Virus genome (UHGV): UHGV-0196072
DNA: 49,208 nucleotides
Reading direction: 5' to 3' (one strand)
From: a virus
Shown here: in pieces, positions 16,380-28,700 of the stretch
Layout: every line of letters begins with the position of its first letter
Position numbering within the stretch: position 1 is the stretch's first letter
Notes under the pieces: generated by a model
Told to the model about the DNA's origin: nothing
Database searches by the model: none
Seen by the model: the letters and a program-made list of their open reading frames with translations, nothing else
Program-made: the position numbers and the translations under genes

Positions 16380-16589
16380 ATGGCAAAGCTAATGAAAGCG
16401 AGTCTCTGGAGTAAGCGCGAATTTACCAAAGACTCCATTCCTGACAACCGTACAATTAAACGTTGGGTCGAAAACGGATTACTCATGGGAAGGATTGTAG
16501 ATGGTTCAGTTTTTGTCTATGAAACCGAAAAGTGGGGAGTTGACTCAATTGTTAATCAGGCGGTACGTCAGTTAATAATTGAGGGTTGA
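16380..16589 (+). CDS. xis: excisionase (Xis-like)
   Basis: About 70 aa. Resembles lambda Xis (WSKREFTKDSIPDNRTIKRWVENGLL). GGAGAAGG RBS. Immediately upstream of int. The ORF is open from 16296. Confidence 0.6.
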   Translation: MAKLMKASLWSKREFTKDSIPDNRTIKRWVENGLLMGRIVDGSVFVYETEKWGVDSIVNQAVRQLIIEG

Positions 16590-16591
16590 CC

Positions 16592-17779
16592 ATGGCAGCA
16601 AGGCCACGAAAAAAAGAATACCGCCACCTTCCTGATTATCTTTTTTTTGATAAAGATCGTGGCGTGTATAAGTTCACGCTTATAACTGGGAAAAAGAAAA
16701 CTCTCGGTTCGGATCGAGTAATGGCTATCGCCATCGCCCGAGAATATAACCTGAGGATGCGCCCAGAAAATACACCATCGATAGATTCATTAATTCGGGA
16801 ATCGGGAGGGCTGAATGGTGAAGCCCACCCGTTTTCTGAACATGTTGATCGCATTATGGAGAGAGCGATCAAAGATGAGCAGCCGTCTAAAAGCACACTT
16901 GACGATTGGAATAATGATGCCATCAGGGTTAAAGAATTTTTTAATAACATACCCGCATGCGATATTGAGCTTGAGCACGTAAATGCCTACATACGAAATT
17001 ACCATTCTGAATCGTCGGCCAATGTTCAGAACCGAAAAGTTAGCTTCCTGAAAAAGTTATTTTCTTATGCTGTTGATGAATCGCTAATGATGGATAACCC
17101 TGCAACACGGAAAAAAATGCGGCGTGTCGATAAAAAGGTCCGCCGGCGACTTACTTTGGAACAGTTCCTGGCCATACATGCAGCTGCTGAACCTTGGCTG
17201 AAGACTGCAATGGACCTTGCCATACAAACTACGCAAGCGCGCCTGGAAGTTTCCCGGATCCGGTACTCGATCAAGGAACCTCAAGAAGGGGTTTGCGGCT
17301 GTGTATGGTTCGATCAGGAGGAGGCTGGCATATTCGGAACGCTTTACATTCACCGGCAAAAAGTGCAGCACAAAGAGGCTTCACACGTCGCTATTCCGAT
17401 CGGCAGGGCCCTGAAAGAGATCATCGACAACAGCAGAGACAATGTGGCCAGTCCTTATGTTGTTCACCGGCTTCTGGAAAAGAGAAGCAATCCGATAAGC
17501 AAGGAAGTTAACCACCCAACACAGGTGGCCCCTGATTATTTGAGCAGGGCATTTTCAGAGCTGCGGGACCGGATAGGTGTAGCGGCAGAATTACCTATCA
17601 AAGAAAGGCCAACTTTCCACGAGATTAGAGCGCTGGCGGCTCATATTTTCGAAAGACAAGGTATCGATCCGCAGGCAAGGATGGCCCATAGTGATGCAAA
17701 ATCGACAAAAATTTATACCCAGAACCATGTGGAATGGGTAGAAGTTCCTCATGCTGAAATTGTCTTTAAAGCCGGGTGA
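16592..17779 (+). CDS. int: tyrosine integrase (lambda Int family)
   Basis: N-terminal arm-binding domain (RPRKKEYRHLPDYLFFDKDRGVY). C-terminal catalytic HEIR...H..Y region. GAGGG RBS. Adjacent to attP. Confidence 0.9.
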   Translation: MAARPRKKEYRHLPDYLFFDKDRGVYKFTLITGKKKTLGSDRVMAIAIAREYNLRMRPENTPSIDSLIRESGGLNGEAHPFSEHVDRIMERAIKDEQPSKSTLDDWNNDAIRVKEFFNNIPACDIELEHVNAYIRNYHSESSANVQNRKVSFLKKLFSYAVDESLMMDNPATRKKMRRVDKKVRRRLTLEQFLAIHAAAEPWLKTAMDLAIQTTQARLEVSRIRYSIKEPQEGVCGCVWFDQEEAGIFGTLYIHRQKVQHKEASHVAIPIGRALKEIIDNSRDNVASPYVVHRLLEKRSNPISKEVNHPTQVAPDYLSRAFSELRDRIGVAAELPIKERPTFHEIRALAAHIFERQGIDPQARMAHSDAKSTKIYTQNHVEWVEVPHAEIVFKAG

Positions 17780-17915
17780 TGTATGGGGAAAAACCTACCC
17801 GTAACTCATTGATGTATATAGTGCGGATTTTGCAAAAAATGCACTGTTTGCATATACAGTCAAACATGCCGTAGCACCAGTATTTTCAAGGGTTGCAGCG
17901 GCTTTAACGCAGTGA

Positions 17916-17961
17916 CATGGGGTGTCGGGGGTCGGAGGTTCAAATCCTCTCGTGCCGACCA
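17916..17961 (+). tRNA. Not a gene: 46-nt 3'-terminal fragment of tRNA-Pro(GGG), proL-like (anticodon-stem 3' side through CCA). This is the phage attP core
   Basis: catggggtgtcgggggtcggaggttcaaatcctctcgtgccgacca matches the 3' part of enterobacterial proL. The upstream sequence is not tRNA. Lies between int and the tail-fibre gene. Confidence 0.7.
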
Positions 17962-17976
17962 AAAACCTTAGAAAAA

Positions 17977-18001
17977 CCAGCCTCTTATGGCTGGTTTTTT
18001 T
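17977..18001 (+). terminator. intrinsic terminator downstream of the tRNA-fragment core
   Basis: ccagcc-tcttat-ggctgg hairpin followed by T7. Confidence 0.55.
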
Positions 18002-18061
18002 GTGCCTGTTTTTCATACGGGGAGTTATTGGGGTGAAACTGGGGTGAAAACCCGTCAAAAA

Positions 18062-19591
18062 CTAGGTGACAGGGCAACCTTCTGAAGTTACTGAATGTAC
18101 GTCTGTAGTTTGAACCAGCTTGTTCAAATCACGCACTTGTTTTGTTAACTCCTGCACTGACGAAACAAGATCAGCAATGATGGCTACATAGTCCACGTTC
18201 ATTACCTGAAACTTTTCCCCATCGATCTCCTGCTCGATGCCGAGGAAAGTATACAGATCGTCAGCTTTCTCAGCCTGCTGGGCGATAAAGCCACGCCTGC
18301 GGCGTGTTTCCCCCTTCATGTTAAACTCGCATACCCCTAGCGCATTAATGCGCCTGGAGGCCCCTTCCTGGGGTTCTGTAAATCCGTCTTTCAGACGAAC
18401 GTCAGAACCGGTAGTCATGACGTCGCCTTTAGGGGTGGAGATTGTCCCACCGGTGTAAAAGAGCCAGGCATCTTTTCTGTCAAAACCGTCCATATACAGT
18501 ACCACCCGGTGGTTGTACCCAACGTATTCTTCAAGGTAGAAACCACCCCACGCTCCGGAGGGGTCACCGTTACCGCCGCGTCCCAGCATTCTGGATCGAA
18601 TACGTCCGCCTGAAACCAACGAACCATCAGCAGGGGAACCAAAGTCTGTTCTGTTGGCCGAAAGGTCGACTCCGCATTGCGCCCACCCTCCAATATCTGC
18701 CATACCACCAACACGAAGATCCCTGTCAACTCGCCAATGACTACCTTGTACACTAATTTGATCGGCGGCAGTGGCCATAATCCGCCCGGTGAAGTCGTCG
18801 GTGCTGTAGTTAAAATGAAAGTCGATGTATGGCGTGCTAAATGACAGCTCAATCGCCTGGGTATACAGCAACCCCTTCGTCGTGTTGTCGATGTCGCCGC
18901 CGGCAGTCAGCGCGCCAGGTAGTGTCGTTCGGTTGTTGGCATCAATAACGAGGATGTCATCAAAGGTGTCTGCCGGTGATACAGTGGTCGCTCTTGAACG
19001 CTGAACCCTAAACGGTGTTCCCGAGCCAACGGCAATTGTCCCGCCTTGCCCCTGTTTTTTGAGCAGAGCCAGATCTGAGTTCTTACCGAGTATAAAACCG
19101 GCATTATCGCTGGTTATAACCTGCGAGCCGTCGAGTTTGTTTCCTCCGGTGAGTTTTGCCAGCGCGTTAAGATCCGAGGCCTTCGCCATCCCGGCTATCG
19201 CCGGCACGGTCACCTGCTTTCCTGTGATCGGGTCAGTCAGGGTGATATTGCCGCTGCCGGTCAGGGCCATCGACCAGCCCTCCACTACACTACGCCAGAA
19301 TGCAAACGCGCTGGCCAGCTGGTTAGCAAACGACGAGGTGCTGGCGGTTTCAGCGGTAATAATGCCGTAACTAGCACCGGAAAATGCGGTGGTGATATTC
19401 CTGGTCAGCGTCAGTTGCGTGTCGCTGTCCACGGATTTGATCGCATACAGGTCAGCACTACCGCTGCGGTAGACCACTAGAATCGACCCGGGCAGTATCC
19501 CCAGCGCCTCCTGTGACCATTTTGTTGTCGCACCTGTCACCCGTGCTTGCGACGCGGCACCCATGACGGTACCGACTTCATACATCGCCAT
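18062..19591 (-). CDS. side tail fibre protein with a C-terminal Peptidase_S74 intramolecular-chaperone autoprocessing domain
   Basis: 509 aa. Conserved S-D-x-R-x-K (SDVRLKDGF) and a C-terminal helical chaperone segment. No separate tfa gene follows. Confidence 0.65.
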   Translation of the reverse strand: MAMYEVGTVMGAASQARVTGATTKWSQEALGILPGSILVVYRSGSADLYAIKSVDSDTQLTLTRNITTAFSGASYGIITAETASTSSFANQLASAFAFWRSVVEGWSMALTGSGNITLTDPITGKQVTVPAIAGMAKASDLNALAKLTGGNKLDGSQVITSDNAGFILGKNSDLALLKKQGQGGTIAVGSGTPFRVQRSRATTVSPADTFDDILVIDANNRTTLPGALTAGGDIDNTTKGLLYTQAIELSFSTPYIDFHFNYSTDDFTGRIMATAADQISVQGSHWRVDRDLRVGGMADIGGWAQCGVDLSANRTDFGSPADGSLVSGGRIRSRMLGRGGNGDPSGAWGGFYLEEYVGYNHRVVLYMDGFDRKDAWLFYTGGTISTPKGDVMTTGSDVRLKDGFTEPQEGASRRINALGVCEFNMKGETRRRRGFIAQQAEKADDLYTFLGIEQEIDGEKFQVMNVDYVAIIADLVSSVQELTKQVRDLNKLVQTTDVHSVTSEGCPVT

Positions 19592-19748
19592 AATAAAGTT
19601 GCTCCTGGATGATTATCCCTGGAAAAGAAAAGGCCCCTTACGGGACCCGAATAGAAATTGTTGCTGGTTCCCGGTATCCACTTCGTAACGCGCAAACGCA
19701 GTATGGATATCCGCAGCTAATTGATCTGAAATATTTGCCATATTAAAT

Positions 19749-19764
19749 AGGCCCCGAAGGGCCT
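19749..19764 (-). terminator. hairpin immediately after the J stop (aggccc-cgaa-gggcct)
   Basis: Perfect 6-bp stem with a tetraloop 5 nt past the J stop. The downstream tract is only moderately U-rich. Confidence 0.4.
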
Positions 19765-19768
19765 CTCC

Positions 19769-22700
19769 TTATTGTCCAAAGGAACCGTTATTGCTTCTGA
19801 ATGCTGTCACAACAATATTACCTACTGTAACTTCACTCTGCTGCGGTCCGTAGCTTGCACCAGTTAACGAGATGCCGATGCGGTTGTTACTTGCTGGGAT
19901 GTTAACAGTGAATGATTGTGGAATATCCACAAGGCCACCAGCTTTATCCCGCATATCAACAACGACACGTCTTTTACTCTGCACCCCATTAATATTGAAT
20001 GTCAGAACTACGTAAAAGTCGCTGCGCTGGTCTGTTACACCGCCACTATAGGAGTTGCATCGTACGGTACAGTTCAGCGTGATTGTCATCGGGTATCCAC
20101 TGTTCTGATACCATGCGTTCATAGTTCCAGAACCTTCACCGCCCTTAACCGTAAATCCGTTGAACGATGCAGAAGTTGCAATATCGCCTATAAAAGATTC
20201 AGCTTGCACCGTTCCCTTGAAAACACCGCTATTCGCCTCAACCCTGCCACGGACGATCACGTTATTGAACTGCGAAGAGCCATCCTTGGCGATACGCCAG
20301 CCTTGCGAGCCATCAACAAAGTTATTCGAGCGGATCTCGTTACCGATCTTCGCGTTCGTAATGGAACCGTCCGCGATTTTGGCAGAGGTCAGGGAACTGT
20401 TTTTGATACGTGCCGTATCGATATACAGCTCATTGCCTTCGGCAACCATCACCGGAACAGCCGTCGCATTATTACGGTTAAACAGCGAGAAGCGGTCAGC
20501 GTAGAGGATCATATCGCTTGTTTCACCATTGCTGCCCAGCGTAATCCCCGCGCCAACATTCTTCCCGTTAACCGTCTCAACCTTCATCGACCACAGCGAA
20601 CTCACCGTACCATTCACATCCGCCACGGTTTTGGCGGTGTTCTGAACGGAAGCGCTGAGATCCCCGACACTGGATGTCAGGGTCGTCTGCTGCGTTGCCA
20701 GCGCCTCCAGTGCCGTTGCATGCGTCTGCTGGGTACTGGTGATACTGGCCACCGATTTAATCGTGTTGTCCAGCGTCGTCTGGTTTTTGATGTTGGCGGC
20801 CGCCTGCGCGTCAATCTGCGACTGAAGCGAGGTATTCAGGCTGGCCTGTGTGCTCTGGCTGTCGCTTAGCGTCTTCGCCATGTTATCGACGCGGGAGTTG
20901 GCATTATCCACTTTCGTGGCCAGTGCCGTCTGCTGCTGCGCCTGGGCGGTGATTTTCCCTTCGGCATCCGTTACGCGAGCCGTCAGACCGCTCACGGCAC
21001 TCGCCGTCGCGTCAGAGGCATCCTGTGCAGCTTTCGCATCGGTAACATCCGTGATGACCAGATCGTCGAGATACAGTGAATAGCCAGGGGTACCGTTGCC
21101 GGTGGCGCCACGGGTGGAGATCCAGACCACCGCGCGTGTTCTGCCCGCCCCGTTGTTACTGGCGATACCCGTAAATTTCACCCATTTATCGCGCGCGCCC
21201 AGAGAGGCTTCGCTGACAGTGACCGCCGCCTGCCAGGCATTTTGCCCGGCAGCATTCTGCGACTGGATACCGACCAGCGTCGTCCACCCGGAGGAGGGCG
21301 CCTGATCCGCCGGCATCATGGCCCAGAACTCAAACCGGAACTTCGCGTCCTCACGGACTGACTGCCAGGTGCCAAGCTGTTTATCGCTGTTGCCGCCGTT
21401 GTTCTCATCCCGTCTCAACTTCAGGCTCTTATCGCCGGTGAATTTCTGAGACGCTACCACAACGGCGGTACCGCTCCCGCCCAGCACCTGGCCATCGCTG
21501 TAGCTTTCAAATGTACCGTCAACCCACGGATTAGCTCCCTGAGTGCGGATGGTATTGATGGTGCTGGTCAGCGACGTGATGCTCTGCGACTGGCTGGTGA
21601 TGGTGTTTTCCACCTGGCTGACGCGACCGGTCAGTGAACTCACCGCGGACGTGTCAGCCTTTTTCCCCAGCTCCGTATTCATCGTGGTCAGGCTGTTCTG
21701 CAGACTGGTGAGCTGCTGCGACTGCGAATCCAGTTTACCCTCAGCAGACGTCATCCGGGTGGTCAACCCGGTGACAGCGCTTTGCTCAGCCTTCTTACTG
21801 ACCGCCGCATTCGTGACGGCCAGATCGCCGCTGAGTTTCGTCAGCTGCTGCGCCTGGGTGGTGATAGCCCCTTCCGCAGCGGTGACGCGGGTATTCATCT
21901 GAGAGATGGCCCCGGCGTTAGCCGCGATATCCTTTTCATCCGTAACATCGAGAACATGGAAATCATCGAAATACATGGCCCCCGCGCTGAGGAAGGTCGT
22001 CAGCTGGAAACTGGCCGTCGTGGTCTTCGTGGCTTTCCAGTCAAACGTTACCAGTTGCCAGCCAGAACTAAACGGTCCGTAGTTTGAGCCGACCAGCGGG
22101 CCAGTGCTGTCAGCCACACGAAACTTCGTGTTACCCGCATCTTTAATCGTGGTCCCCGGGTCCTGCTTCGCCCATACCCCCATGCGGTAGGTACGGCCCT
22201 GCGTGATACTGATTTCCTGTCCGACCAGGTTCGACTGGCCGGCGGACATTTTCAGCGCCTTGTTACCCGAGTGCGGAACCTGTAAATCGGCCACCGTCGC
22301 GGTACTGCTCCAGCCGGTAAAGCCCGCCGCACCGCGCTCAAAACTGCCGTTGACAATGAGGTTGCCCGGCATTTTCCCGCTGGCGTCAATATCCGCTGCC
22401 GTCTGGCTCAGGCTGTTACTCAGTTGCGTCAGAGAATCCCCCTGCGCACTGAGTGTTTTGCCCTGCTCAGTGACCTGGTTCTGCAGGGTGTTCATCGCGC
22501 TTGCGTCCGCTTTTTTGTTCACATTCGCATTCGTCGTGGCCAGATCGCTGCTGAGTTTTGTCAGCGCGCTGTTGGCTGCCGCGATGTCATTCCCCTGCTG
22601 CGTCACCGTGCCCTGCAGCTGCGTCACCGCTGTCGTGTCAGCCTTTTTACTCACCGTATCGTTTGTCGACCGGAGGCTGTTCTCCAGCGAGGTGGTCCGC

Positions 22701-25700
22701 GTGCCGATGCTGCTGAGCGTATCGCCCTGCTGGCTAACCGTGGTGGTCAGTGAATCCACCGCTTTTGCGGTCGCATCTGCGGTTTTCTGCGCACTGTTCG
22801 CCGCCGTCACGTTACGCATATGCCAGTCGGCAGCGTACCAGACAGTGCCGAACGGGCTGCTCTGATTAACCTGCAGGAACGGTCGCAGGAAGTTCGTGTC
22901 TGCCGGCACAGTAAAGCGCCAGGTGGCTCGTTTCCACGCGGTGGTGGTCTTGGTGTTTCCCCCGGACGCTCTCGCCCCAATACCACCAGTAGCAGTGGTG
23001 GCACTACCGATGTAGAAATTAAAGTCAGCGCTGCCGGTACCACACGCTACCAGAGCAGACATTTCGTAAACGTCGCCCGGCGTCACGGCGATGTTGTTGA
23101 TTTTTGGCACATGGTCTCGCCAGGCCAGCCGGACGGCATACCTGAACGGGCAGTCAGCCGGCACACCATCGGCGGTGGTCTCCACCACGTCATAACCCAT
23201 GCGGTCATACGCCGGATCAAATGACGGGTTTGGAATGTAATCATCCCCGGCAGCATTCCCGGCATTCACCGCCGCCGTCAGGCTGACGATGTTGCTGTTG
23301 GCTGCCGTGAGGCCTGCCTCGGTTTTCTCAACCCGGCCAGTCAGCGCGTTAAGCGCCGTCTGATCCGCTTTGGTGTTGACCTTATCGGTGGTGCTGCTCA
23401 AATCGCCCTGCAGCTTCGTGATAGCCTGCCCCTGGGAGGTGATTTTGCCTTCCGCACTGGTGACCCGGCTGGTGAGATCACTCACCGACTGCGCGCTGGC
23501 CTTTTGTGCCACGTTGTTGTTGGTGGTGTTCAGGCTGTTCTGCAGATTCGTGATGCTCTGAGACTGCGCGGTCAGCTGCCCCTCGGCATTCGTCACCCGA
23601 CTGGTGAGGCTGTTAATGGCCGAGGTGTTCGCGGTAATACCGCTGGCTGCATCATCCGGACTCGGTGACCAGTCGGTCATCACGGTCCCGGTTTCCAGCT
23701 GAGGGCGGCAGAGCCAGACTTCTTTGTCGGCAGACGTCGCGCTTTCCAGACGCGCGGCAATCAGCCGTTTGGTGCCACTGGTGGCAGGAATAACCCATTT
23801 CACCCAGTAACGCGCCCATGCGGTGGTCAGTTTCGTGACCGCCTTGCCGTCACCGGCCCCGCCTTTAACGCCCTGGCTGGTTTCCGTGGTGGTGGTGTTC
23901 GACGGGTTATAGAAATAACTCGCCATCTCCTGCCCGTCATAAGCCCCTTTCGCATAGAAGCTGAATACAAATTCCGTACGCCCGGTAACATCCAGCATCT
24001 GTTCATCCAGCTGGATATAACCGGATGCACCTTTCGCCAGCCGGGTGTAGGCCACGCGGTCGCCCAGATACGTCTCTGTGGCGTGGCGGCTGCTCCATCC
24101 CTCCAGTGTGTCCGCATTGCGGATAAGGTTGGTCCCGCCAACGGCCAGGGAGGAAAAGTTGTTTTCCAGGTTCGTCAGCGCGCTGCTTTGCGCGGTCAGA
24201 TCCCTGCCATGCTGTTCAACGGTGTTCTGCAGGCTCTGCAGCGCCGTTGCATCAGCCTTCTTCGCCACATTGCTGTTAGTCGTGTTCAGGCTGTTCTGCA
24301 GGCTGGTCAGGCTGTCTCCCTGCGATTTCAGGCTGCCTTCGGTAGCCGTCACGCGGGTCGTCAGATTCGTCAGCGCGCTGGCATCGGCCTTGCCGCTGAT
24401 ATCCTTACCAAGTTGCGTCACATCCGACTGCAGCTTCGTGATCGCGCTGCCCTGAGACGTAATATTCTTCCCGTTCTGCGTGACTGACGCGGACAGACTG
24501 GAAAGCGCCTGCGCATTCGCATCGGCGGCATCGAGCGCCGCTTTCGCATCGGTCACGTCAGTGATGATCAGATCATCAATCAGGAAGGCGTCACCCAGGC
24601 GAACTTTTGGTGTATTCGGGATGGAGATCCTCACCATTGCCTGTTTCAGTGCGGTTCGGTTGTTGGTCAGATAGCCACTGACTTTTGTCCAGTTGTCCAC
24701 CGACAACTCGGAGACTTTCACGTTCAGGCCAGGCCACGACCAGCCATTGGCTGAATCCTGGAAGGAAAATCCGAGTACCATATAAACGGTCGGATCGGCG
24801 GTCGAGCCAGCCGGCAACTTAACCCACGCCTCCACGTAATAGACCGCGTTATCGCGAACCTGCATGCCTGAAAAGATATGGGTATCGTTATTATCCGTCG
24901 CGTTCGGGTTGTACTCCGTACTGCGCGTAACACGCAGGCTTTTGGTCCCGCTGTGAGCAGCTTCACTGGTGATAACGGCGCGGGCATTACTGAGAACATC
25001 GCCGACGGCATAGGATTCAAAACTGCCGTCCGGCAGTACGTTGGCTCCCCGTGTCGCCTGCTGCTTCAGCGATGTATTCAGGCTGGTCAGGCTGTCGGCC
25101 TGGCTACGGATATCCTTTTCAGTCTGGGTAACCCGGTTGGTCAGTGAACTGACCGCCGACGCATCAGCCTTCTTCGCCACATCGCCTTTGACCCCTTCCA
25201 GCGCGTTATTCAGCGCCGTGATGGATTGCCCCTGTGATGTCAGGGTGTTCCCCTGGTTCGTCACCGTCCCGGTCAGAGACGAAACAGCATCGCTGGTCGC
25301 CTTGATGTTGGTTTCATCGGTGATATCAAAAACCCGGACGGAATCGAGCCAGATTTCACCGTTTGTCGGATGAGAATAAAGTTTGAAGTTCTGCCCGTCC
25401 GCGCCGGCAGCCGTCAATCCGGTTTCCCAGGTGATGGTTTGCCAGTCAGTGGTCAGCGTGACCGTTTTATCCTCATACGTGCTATCCGTCTGGCCAATTT
25501 TGTTCTGGCGACGGATCAGCAGACTCATCGCTCCGGAAACACCTTTGGCCTTCACCACCACCCGGTACTTGCGCTGGCCATTCAGCGGCACCGGCTTGTT
25601 GTTGTTGGAGAAAATTCCTGGGCTGATAGTGGTCGTCCGGTTCAGCCGGACCCCCGCTTTCCCGTCCCCGAAATCGCCAAAGGTCACACCGGCTGGATAC

Positions 25701-28700
25701 TGAATATCCCAGGCAGTGCTGCCCTGCAGAAAATCAAAGTTCGGGATCAGGTTGTCGCCGGCGTTGCGGGTGGCCGTCAGCACATTCGCCAGATTTGTCA
25801 GCTGCTGGCTCTGTGTGGTCAGTTTCCCTTCCGCCTCTGTCACCCGGTTATCGACCGAAGTCAGTGCCGTGGCATCGGCCTTCTTCGACACATTGCTGTT
25901 GGTCGTGTTCAGGCTGTTCTGCAGGTTCGTCAGCTGCTGGCTTTGTGAGGTGATGGCCCCTTCCGCTGTGCTGACCCGGCTCGTCAGTCCGGTAACGGCG
26001 CCGGCGGTGGCATCGATGTCCACCCGGTCGGTAACGTCAGTGACGTAAAAATCATCGAAGTAGCGGCTGCCGCTAATCAGATAGTTGCTCAGCGTCACCG
26101 GCAGGCTGGCTGTCTCCGTCGCTTTCCAGCGACCGGAAACCAGGGTCCAGTTTGTCCCCACCGTGCCGCTGTTGTACGGACGCTCAAAGACCGGCTGGCC
26201 GGCAGAGTTACCGATCCGCAACTTGTTGTTCCCCGCGCCATTATCCGTCGTCGCTCCGGGTTCCTTGACCCACACCCCGATTTCATAGGTTCGCCCCTGA
26301 ACAAACGGGATGTATTGCCCCGGAGACACGCTCCCCGGATCAACCTTCAGCGCCCGCGTCCCGCTGTGAGGAGCGGAAACCTCCACCACACTGGTCGCGG
26401 TTGACCGCCCGGTATAACCATCCAGCCCGCGTTCAAATGAGGGATTCACGACCAGGTTACCCGGTATCTGACCGCTGGCATCGATATCTGCCGCAACTTG
26501 CGAGAGACTGTTCGACAGATTCGTCAGCGAATTGCTCTGGCTCTCCAGCGTTTTACCCTGCTGCGTCACTTTCGTGTCGAGCGTGGCCAGCGCAGTCGCA
26601 TCGGCTTTCTGCGCCAGCGCTTTATCGGTATTCGCCAGATTTCCGGTCAGTTTCGTGATGGCGCTGTTCGCAGCAGTCAGATCGTTGCCCAGCTGTGTGA
26701 CGGTATTGGTCAAATCCTGCACCGCTGTCGCATCAGCCTTTTTGGCCACTGCGGCATTGGTGGTGGCCAGCCCGTTTTCCAGCTGGGTTGTCCGGTTGCC
26801 GGTCGAGGTCAGCAGATTACCCTGTTGCGTCACGGTGGTGGTCAGCGAGTCAACCGCCGCCGCCGTGGCATCCGCAGTATCCTGAACCTTTTGCGCCGCT
26901 GTCACATTTCGCATATGCCAGTCCGTAACGAACCATACGGTGCCATACGGGCTGTTCTGCGAGATCTGCAGGAACGGGCGGATATAACCCCTGTCTACCA
27001 TCGCCTGCGTGACCTTGAAGCGCCAGGTGGTTCTCTGCCAGGTCGCAGAAGGTGATTTTCCGCCCCCCGCCATGAGTGGCGCACCGGTGCTCGTATCTGG
27101 CCGAACGGCGGTGCCAACATACAGATTAAAATTCGCCGTGCCAGCGCCGCAGGCAACCAGTGCGCTGATCTCAATCACATCGTTAAGCGTGGCCGGGAAC
27201 GCGGCAAAGTTAGGATGGTGATCCCGACTGGCAATTCTGGCCGCATAACCATACGGGCAGCCAGGAGGGACCTCCTCAGCCGTCGTGGATACGACGCTAA
27301 ACCCCATCTGGTCGTAAGCCGGGTCAAATGTCGGGTTGGGAATTAAATCTCCGCCTGATGCGTTTCCGGCCCGTACAGCGGATTTCAGCGAGGTAATGTT
27401 GGCGTTAGCAGCCGTCAGCCCGGATTCCGTCTTCTCCACTCGTCCGGTTAGCGAGTTCATCGCCGTCTGATCCGCTTTGCTGGCCACGTTCGCGTCTGTC
27501 TGCGTCAGCGCATTCCGGAGTTGGGTGATGCTCTGCGAATTGCTGACCACATCATTGCCAATCTGGCTGACATTCGAGCTGAGTACGCCGGCTGCGTTTG
27601 CCAGCGCGGAAACCCCGAGACCGGAGTACATCTCAGCAACCTTGTCTGACAGCTTCAGGCCCAGGTTGATATACGCCTGGCCGGTCCACTGATTCACCAG
27701 AAACTCAACGGTGTTCCAGCCGACTTTCAGTTCAAAACTGACGGTATTCCTGCTGGCGTTACCCCAGGCGACCTGAACCCCATTCACAAATATGGCGCCG
27801 GTATCATCAAAAACCCTGGCGCCGGGCGCCAGTGTGATGGTGGTATCTGCGGCCACTTTCACCTGGCAGGAATACAGCGCGATCAGATAGCTGCCGGCGG
27901 ACGTAAAGTCCAGTTTGGCCGCGTCGGCCACCTCATCCACTACCGTTGGTGCCACAGCGCGAACATCGCTGAATGACGGGACTGTCCCGGCGTTAGCCAG
28001 CTGCACCGGATAGATCCGACGGGACCAGCGATTCGGCTGGCCATTGACCAGTTGATTCGACAGGCTGGTGATGCTGTCAGTATTGCTGCGAATATCCCGC
28101 CCGTTTTGCTCTACCTGCTGCGTTAAGGCAGTGACCGCAGCCGCTTCAGCTTTCTTCGCCAGCGCGGAATTTGTCGTGCCCAAATCGCTCGTCAGTTTCG
28201 TGATGGACTGACCCTGGCTGGTTATCCTGTCGCCCTGCTGGGTAACAACAGACTGCAGCCCGCTCAGTGCCTCATTCGTACCAGCCAGGCCCGTTTCCGT
28301 CTGGCCAACCCGGTTAGTGAGCGATGTTAACGCGGCGCCCTGCGATGTCAGCGTGGCGCCCTGTTGCTCAACTTTCTGCGTCAGGGACGTCAGCGCGGCT
28401 GCATCGGCTTTTTTCCCGAGGCTGGTTTCCAGGCCACCGATACGGCTCGCCTGCGCGCTCTGCTCTGTCGTCAGAGAACTCAGTTCACCAGAAACAGCAG
28501 CTTTGTTGTCGTTAAACTGCGTCTGCAGGGACTCTCTGGCCTTAACTTCCGCCGAGATGGCGGTAACGCGCGCGGTTTTTTCCTGGTACAGCAGCCCGGA
28601 GGTGACTTTCTCCAGATCGTTCCCATCATAGGAGCCACGCATCTGCGCCGCCAGCGTGCTGCGTGCCTGCGCTTCGGCGGTCAGCGCGTTACTCAGCGTG

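Noticed and set aside
17795-18058. ORF 17795..18058 (-), 87 aa
   Set aside because: It covers the attP core/tRNA fragment, a terminator hairpin and arm-type repeats. This is a non-coding integration-site region.
19613-19741. 42-aa ORF (MANISDQLAADIH...) between the J and side-tail-fibre genes
   Set aside because: Too short, with no RBS of note. It overlaps a terminator-like hairpin (19623..19650). Probably an intergenic region.
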